DNA of 64,000 bases. It comes from Podarcis gaigeae (taxonomy: Eukaryota). Below, piece after piece: positions 53,301 through 62,300 of the stretch (positions are counted from its first letter, which is position 1; every line of letters starts with the position of its first letter). The position numbers and the translations under genes were made by a program. Below the pieces are notes generated by a model. That model was not told the DNA's origin. It saw only the letters and a list, made by a program, of their open reading frames with translations, and did no database searches. The stretch lies in NCBI GenBank assembly GCA_964106915.2, contig OZ066915.1. One strand, 5' to 3'.

Positions 53301-56300
53301 TCAATTAGACAAGAGAAGGGAACAATCTGCCAATCTCCTTCTCTACTTGCAGCCCAGCCTCTTTCCTAAGAAAACAAAAAGACGGAGAATCTTTACATAG
53401 CTAGGCCTAGGCTTAAATACTTTCATTTTTAACAAAGGTAAAAGGCAAAGAGTAGAGAGGCAGAGAGTACTGTTATGAAGAAGGGTATTAGATACTGCAG
53501 CAATCCTTTTTAGTTCTTCTGTCCTCATAAAGCAATTCCTTGGTAACAACTGAAAACGAAACCAGGGCATGAGCGATAACATTGGTATGATTGCACAAAA
53601 ACTTGAGCTAAGGAGGATCAAAATGAATAAAGGACAGCCACGGAGATAGCAATGAAAGTGAGAAGAGAATATGGTGCGCCAAGATATCAGAATCAGCAAC
53701 AATTCTGAACTACAGGATGTACTCTAATGAAACTTTAAAGATTCTGCCTATGTTAGGAAGGCTGGATGGCTCAAAAATACTGACCTGGGAACTGAGTTGT
53801 TCAGAAGACAATTTAAAGGTGGTAGTGATCTTCTTTGCCAGAACTTTGGCTTCATTGAAGCCAAATGAATACAGAGAAATCTCAGCAATCATAGAGTAAT
53901 CTGGAACCATCATAGCCACAGGACGAAAAAGAGCCTGGAAGGTATACAGTCACCATGAAGAGGGAAGGCTCCACATACAGTATATTCACTCTTAGCAATC
54001 TGTGCTTATGGATGGTAAAGCAAATTAAAATCTGCACAAAAGATGTTATCAACGCAAGTGGCAGCAACCTTTATAATTGCACACAGAAGACAGAATTTAT
54101 GAAATTTGCCAGTTGCAGCTGAGATCTTTTTTAATGTTTGAGATTTCTGAGGAGGCATTTCCAACCATTTGGGGGATAATATAACATCTTATTGCATAAT
54201 CAGACTTAGTAGCATTCAAAAACAGTCTCCCTTGCCAACGTGAATTTAAGTGATTTTCCTAACTTTGTGGGAGTGGAATGAAATCTCTTTCACCAAATTT
54301 ACCTATGCTTTGAAATTGGAAGAGATTTTCTCCCTTCAAAGCAATACATTCTAGGGGTTGGGATACTCCCATCCCATTTATGCCTACAAATAAAGGATGG
54401 ACTCCTCTATATATGACGGAATATATCAGCTATTCCTCTCCAATGTCAGACACAGAGCTCCAACATCAGAGAGGGAGATCTGATGTCAGCTCCTGCCCCC
54501 AACACCAAAGCCACTAACACCCTGGTCCAACCAGTGTTTGAGCTGCAATGGAGTTATATTGACAAAATGGAGTTATATTGGGAGACATTAAGAGGTGTGC
54601 CTGAGGAAGATCTGGACCAGCTGGGATTTGAAGGATCCAACTCTTTCCTAGTCCCCTGATACACCCCCAAACTGGGGACAAATTTAGACATACCTCTAAG
54701 CATGACTCAATCTCTCCCTCCACTATCTTTTTCCATTTGAGAGGGGAAATGTACAGAAGGTGGGAATTAAATCTGGAAATAGACAAAGGACTGCAAGATT
54801 GCTCCTCTGCCTCATTTCTGGCCTGGCCTGGCAGCTTGAGCCCAGCAGACCTTTGGATGTGGTCACTGAACTGCCTTTTGTTCCTGCCCCTTCCCCTAAC
54901 CTTAGAACTGCATCCTAAGATAGTCAGAACTTAGATGTCATCTTATAGCATTATAGTTAAGTAAGAGACAGTTGTTCATATTTGAACTGAGTGTGGCCAA
55001 GTCCAGCAGTGTTTAGTTACCTTTAAGTTATCTGGTAGCTCAGTGCGTCCGGCATAGCCAGGGTTCATTGTGATGAAGACCGCACAAGATGGAACCAGTG
55101 CAATTTCAGCTCCTTCAAACATGAAGCGATCCACCTAGACGCAGTAAAACATTATCATAGTGAGTGACTTGCTGGAAAGCAAATATCCTCAATTCCAGAT
55201 GGAACAAAATCCTTTTTGTGTCAAAACAGATAAATCCAACCCTACAAATCCAGTCAAATGTCCTCACTGGGCTGGTCCAAAGATGCATACTACCCACTCA
55301 TTGGCTTGCAGCTAGGACCAGATTGGTTTAGAATTCAGTTGGACACACAATGACATCCCTCCCTTAGATTTGCACTTCCCTGAACTTGGCTCATCCTAAG
55401 GCATGGTTGCTCATTCTACCCTGCAGTGGCTTTGGCTGCATTTGCATCCACTGCATCTCTTCTAGAGGTGTGTCGGGTGGCAACTTGGGCTACTGCAAAT
55501 TCTTTCACAGAGAGTTATAAGATGGACTTGCATGCTTCCTTGGAGGATGCATTTGGAAGGCATATCCTCCAGAAATTAATTCCTCATCATTAATTTGCCA
55601 GCTCCCACCCTAAGATTACTAGGGGTAACTTTGGAGCATGTCATTTGCTGGTGTTCTGGTGCCTATGGTATTGACCTGAAAGGTGTTTCAAAGGAGGCAC
55701 TAGGACATCACCAAGGCCCACCCTTCACTGGCATCGTTTACATTTCTTATTTTATGGATGGCTACTCCTGGTGTCTGGAGTCTGTCATGCCATTAGTTTC
55801 TTTCTAGGATGACTGTTATATGGTCTGGCTGGAAGGGCAAACTATCACTCCAGGGGAGGGGCAGCACAAAAGCCTTTAGGAGTAATGACTTTTTTTCTGC
55901 CTTCGAGTCTTTGTAACTGGTTAGCTATGCCTCTCTGACTATAAAGTGAATACATAAATAAAAGGAATACAGTAGAACCCACCAGTGGGTTCCATGCTGG
56001 AGAGCCTCTACAATTGTCTTGAGGCTTGTCATATGTTCACCTACTTAAACAACAAATTTCTACTTGAACAGCAAAGAAAACAAACACTGGATAATGTTTT
56101 TGTACCAAAATATTTGAGGCAGAACTAGAACACCAGCACAGAGATACCTACTCTGTAGCCCACAATCTGAAGAGAACAGCTTACATAACAAGCACCAGAG
56201 AATGCAGGTAACGACCCTTCTGAATGTATTGAAACCAGCCAATTAACTTTGAAAAGAAGTTTCTTCAGCTAGGTGAAAACTATTCAAACCTCTGTGTAGT

Positions 56301-59300
56301 AGCAGGGTTTTGCCATGCTATGAAAACCTGTGCAGCGCCCAAAACTCCTACACCAAACTGCCAGTTAAGTGGCAGAAGGGACTAACAGGAGCCTTGAAAG
56401 CTTCCTTTTCTCTTAATTAGGGAAGCAGAATTTCCAGTTCAATATTCTATTAGAAAAATATTCATATTAAAAAAGGTCTCCAAAGGACTACCTGTCAAAG
56501 AAAGTAATAAAAGTAAAATCATCTGACATTTAAAATATGCATTCTATTAAATGATTATGGAACTGCCAATATAAAGGAGGAGAACCCCCTAAATCTGCCA
56601 ATACGTAGGCAGGAAAAACAACAAGCTTTAAATAGCATCTCAGAAATCACTCAAACCCCCATGAAAAAACAGCCCACTGGGGAGAAAAACTTCAGGAGAC
56701 AACCAAGAACCACATACACAAGGGAAAAGCAACCGAATTATATGCACAAACAAACAATTAAAGGTCAGAAGAGCACCAGCTTGGTCTGCTTCAAGCAAGG
56801 GCAGAAAAAATGAAATGTCACTCTAGAGGAGGGGCAACACAGAAGCCTTTAGGAGTGGTGACATTTTTTTCTGCCTTCAAGGAAGTGGAGCATAATGATA
56901 TCCCACTTGGTGATGGCCTAGTACCTACCAGAGAAATAAAAGTGTGGTTCGGGAAGCCAAATTCCTTCACTCTTCACTTCCTTAACTTACCCTCTGCTGT
57001 TGAGCTTTCTGAATTGTTGTGATTTGCTGGGCAACTACAGACAACACTTCAATGTCAATGCGGTTGAACTCATCGAAGCAAGCCCAGGCTCCAGAACTGA
57101 GCATATAAGGAGAAGACAGTATCAGGGATCCAATAGTTACTAGCAAAAAATCAGCTGGTCTTAAAAGGTATGAAGAGATTATGCCAATCTAGACAGCACT
57201 GGGGCAGGAAGGTAGGCTGGCAGTGAGGTTAGGGCTGCACCAATGTACTGCTGGGAGTGCATTTGTACAGCACCAGCCTCACTACTGCCCCAGTGCCTTC
57301 CAGGCAAGCTGCAGAGATGCTGGTGTTGGGAGTGTAGCTCTGTCTCACCACACTGGCTGTTACCGGTGGCAAGTTAATTTACACAAATTGCCTACCATTT
57401 GATACCAACCTTCATGAGCAACTATTTTACATGTCCTCTTTGGGACAGTCACAAAAATGTAAATTGGGCCCAGCTTCCAAAGGTGACTGGACTTTAAACT
57501 ATGTAAGTTAGCACAATCTAAATGTTTATTGGGTTCTCTTTTACTCTATCAAACCAAATATAGTGATACATCTCTACAGAATGCTCAAACAGGCAATATA
57601 TGGAGATTGCTAGTAGGGAAATTATCACTAGGCTAGCTACTTGTTCTGGGTTCTCATAGACTCCCCTCTGCTTAGATGTATTGGATGCAACAATATTCTG
57701 ATTCATGTATTGTCTGCCAAACCAATAATTTTGCGGCTGTGTTATGATCCACCCCCTGTGTAGCATAGTCATATATGGCATTGTTTTGTAATACCTGGCT
57801 AGTCCTTTCAGGAATTTCCCCATTGCCATGAAATCAAGCTGATCAGAGCAATTAAACACAACCGTCTGGATAGCTAAAGCTTTCCCCAGATCTTTAGTCG
57901 TCTCTGTTTTGCCTGTTCCAGCTGGTCCTGCAGGGGCGCCCCCGAATTTCAAGTGCAATGCTCCAGTAAGTGTCAAGTAGCATCTATCACGAAGAAGCAA
58001 ATAATTTTAAGGCTGGAAGGGTTCATCTAGTCAAATGCCACACAATGAAAAATGTATTATTCATTTATAAACATTACCAAATAGCTCATTATGTTAAGAA
58101 GAATGCAGTTTATTATCAAATGACAGTATACTACGAGGGAAGATCAGAACACTATGAAAGGGGTGGGCTCACCTTTTTCAGGCAAACCCTCTGGGGCCTA
58201 CATCTCATGGTGGGCATGCCCAAAGTATAAAAGTGGATGTGACCAATTTTTTTAAAAAACAACAACAACAAAAGGACAAATTTGGGGGATCTTGAGAGAA
58301 TCACAAAACATTCTGTAAACACAGAAGAGGATCCATGGGAGTGGTCAGTATTTCCTTTAATGTAATATAAAAAAAAATTAATGGGTGAATTTGGGGGAGC
58401 CTTTTGGCTCATGGTTTGTCTCCTCCAGACAAACTATGAGCTGTAAGCCAAGAACACATATTGGTTACAGCTCTTTGCTTGCATGGAGAGAAACAAACCA
58501 TAGCTCTGAGTTCATATGACAAGCTATGGCAAACCATGACTTTGTCAGAGTAGCAGAGTCACAGTGAGATTGGAGAAGGAGCAAAGCAGCCACAATCTCC
58601 TCTCTGGAAACCTCTGCATATGTGCTAAGGCATGATCTGGTTGAGTGCTAAATGCAAACTGAGCCACAGACAGCTTTTTAAAACAAACAAACCAAAACTG
58701 TAATGAAGAGCAATCTTGTACATTTTTTTGCCTATGTTGTAAACCAGCCCAATTCAAATGTGTCTTGGATGTGTGTATGAAATGTCCTGAAATAAATTGT
58801 GACATATGTGTGGTGTGTCAGAAGAATGTCATTTATCTGCTTCTCTGGGTTTTGTTTTAAAACCCACATAGGGCCCCAACACTGACTAGGGTTAAAAAAG
58901 TACACACCCTTTTAAAGAGTCAGTTGGCTTTCTTGGGATTGATTGATTGATTGATTGCTGCAGGTGCTTTTTGTCTACAGAAAACTGTGGGTTGTTTACA
59001 ACTAGCTTTTATCCAGAACAGACCTATATAAATTAATGACCATGACTAACTTAGGTTCATAAATTTCAATGAGTCTATTCTAAATAAAAGTTACAGTACT
59101 TGAATACAATCCTGTATATAGCCAGTGGCTGAAAACTGGGAAGATTGTTTACCACCAAGAAGGTGACAGTAAATGAGACAGACTGCATCCTAAGTCTACT
59201 TCTCTGTGTGTTCTGCAATAAAAGGTATACCCGGGGTGGATTTCAATACTTCAAAATGACATGCTGCAGGAAAAATATTTTTAAAGGGGCTCACTAGGTT

Positions 59301-62300
59301 TTCTGATCTAAATATGCTTTATGGCCTTAATATGATGATCAATAATAGCTAGAACAAGTGAGATCCAGTTGAAACCTCCAGAGAACAATTATATTAGCAC
59401 TTCAACACATTCATTTGCTATCCCATCCCTTGCTCTGCTAAAGCATCAATAATCAATAATGGTACTCAAAAGGAATAAGAATTTTTAAAAAGAAGACATA
59501 GATCATATGTTATTATTCTCAGAGAGCTGCTTTAACCATACTGTTTAATGATGAATAACCATCATTCAATATTATCCATGGAGGACCACTTGATTAAACT
59601 GCTTCTGTTACTAATATTGAGAACTGAACGGCTATATCCTTGTTCAGCCTGCAGAAATGCAATCCATCTTCGATGCATGCAACCGATTACAGTGGTGCCT
59701 CAATTTACAAACTTAATCCGTTCTGGAAGTCTGTTCTTAAACTGAAACCATTCTTAAACCAAGGTGTACTTTCCCTAATGAGGCCTCCTGCCGCCAGTGC
59801 CCTTCCACCGTTCGGATTCCGTTCTTAGACTGAGGTAAAGTTTGCAAACCGAGACACTACTTCCAGTTTTGTGGAGTTCATCAACCAAATGGTTTGTAAA
59901 CAGGACTGTTCTTAAACCGAGGTACCACTGTACTACATTGTCAACTTTTTTAAAAAAACAACAACCAACCACACGCATACATGAATTGGTCAACTAAATA
60001 AAAAGCTTTTTAAAAGAAAGTTATGCACTTTGAACGTAGTTTCTCTAAGACACATGTGGAATCTGTTCCTAAACACTTCACCATATTTGGCATATGGAGA
60101 CACAAGAGCTAGGCCCAGTTTCCCACTGACTCCGTATGTATCTGGTTTTTAGGAGCTTCCATGTTAGGTCTTGGGCTTTGAGCATACTCTTGCTGCCTGG
60201 CCCTGCTTGGAGTACTGCAATGTACTCTATGTGGGACTACCTTTGAAGATGACTCAGAAACTACAATTAATCCACAATGCAGATGCTACACTGGCAGATT
60301 TGACCCTTGATTCAGCTCTCAAAGAGTGATTTATTCATTCAAGATTATGGAGACAAGTTGTTGTTTTTTAGTCTAATAAGTTATGATACCTGTCAGTGAG
60401 AGGTGTAATCACCAGGCGCCCACTGTTGCCCAAGTATTCATAGCCATAGATAAATTCAGCGTTCACTGCCCGGATATACAAATCATCTCTTGTCCAGTAG
60501 TACCTAATGTTAAAGAAAAGTTAAATGTAAAATGACATAGGAAGAAAACTGCAAGAGCTAACAAAGGGTTTCTTATACCATCAGTTTAAACACTGCAGTT
60601 CTGTTTATTTGGTTGTATTTTGTTCACGCTAAACAATGCATATTCTTTTATAACGTTGCATGTTCCACCTGCATATTATTGAAAAAGCTCTGGAACTGAC
60701 TGCCGCTTCACAGGTAAGATTCACCTTCTGTTGTGTGGCAGGGTGGTCCCTTCTCTTACCTGGCCAATCCCCTGGCAACACCTCCCCAGACAGGATTGGG
60801 GTAGGCGGAGACCTCCGGTATCCAGACTGGGGAGAATGAAGCCAGCCTGAACTACCAGGAGCTGCACTGGGATCCAGGGGGCTGCACGCGACCACGCAAA
60901 AGGTGCCCCCATTTGATGTGGGGAGTGGTCATTATTGAAAAACTAGACATTTAATGGGTAATGTTAGTGTATGCAGAAAATAATGTTATGTATGCAGAAA
61001 AAACAGTAGATTTAACAGAAATTTTCCACAGCCACAAAAAAGGTTAAGCGTAGAACCCCTTTCAGCAACTAGCATAATGCAGTTGAAAGATAAAGAGAAG
61101 AAAGAGAAAGATAAAGAGAAGAAAGATAATGTGAATTTGTTTTGGAAGGGAGTGTTATTGGGTTGGAATAACCCCTAAGTAGAATGATACAATAATAGTC
61201 AGACGATCCTTTTCAGACCTTTGTGATTATTCTTTCTCCAAGGCTGTGTGCTTCAGGGTGCCCTGCCTAGTTCATGTACCTCACAGTAGTTGAAGACAGG
61301 TATCTGTCTCACTACCCAAAAACAGTGATAACAGATTCTAGGAAATGTCTCACCTGAGCTGGGAAATCCACTCGAAATCATTCTCACTGCTGACATTCTC
61401 CTCAACAAGTTTAGCTGCCACATCCTTGGCATGAACTTCAATCACAATGAGAGCTGATAACACTCCTCGCTGCATCCGAGACAGCTTCCCTCGCACAAGT
61501 GCTACTAGGTCACTCAGCTGTGCAAGGAAAGCATAACAAGTCAGGCCATGCCTTGGAGAAATATCTCGTATCTACTTGGCATTCTATAGTTAGCAATGTA
61601 CTGAAGTGTGTAAGAAAACTGGAGTACCTTAGGAGAAAAAGAAAAGCCACTTCTCCGCCTTCCTCACAAGTTACATTTTGTGAGGGGAGGAGAAGAAACA
61701 GTACCACTCTAGACTGCCTTGGTCAGACCCCACTTGGAGTACTGTGTCTAGTTCTGAGTGCCACAATTTAAGAAGGTTATTGACAAGCGGGAACATGTGC
61801 GGAGGAGGGCAACCAAAGAGATAAAGTGTCTGGAAACCGAGTCTTATGAGGAATGGTTGAGGGAGTTGGGTATGTTTAGCCTGCTAAAGAGGAGACTGAG
61901 AGGAGGTATGGTAGCCATCTGAAAATATCTGAAGGGCTGCCACAAGCTTGTTTTCTCGTGCTCCAGAGGGGAGGACCCGAACCAAAGGATTCAAGTTACA
62001 AGAAGGGAGATTTTGACTAAATACCAGGAAGGACGTTCTGGCAGTAAGAGCTGTTTGGCAATGGAACAGACTCCCACGAGAAGCAATGGACTCTCCTTCC
62101 TTGAAGGTTTTTAAGCAGAGATTGAATGGCCATCTGTTATGGCTGCTTTAGTTGAGATTCCTGCATTGCAGGAGGTTGGACTAGAATGAACCTCAGGGTC
62201 CCTTGCAACCCTACAATTCTGTGATAGCAGTGAAGCAAGGGCTGGTGGGCATTGTCTTGATCTTTGTCTTTATGAGTTTTTCATCATATCTTGGGGGGGG

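Noticed and set aside
60781-60833. Imperfect hairpin ctccccagacaggat...atccagactggggag
   Set aside because: A 15-bp stem with mismatches and no other support; insufficient evidence for a miRNA or other ncRNA.
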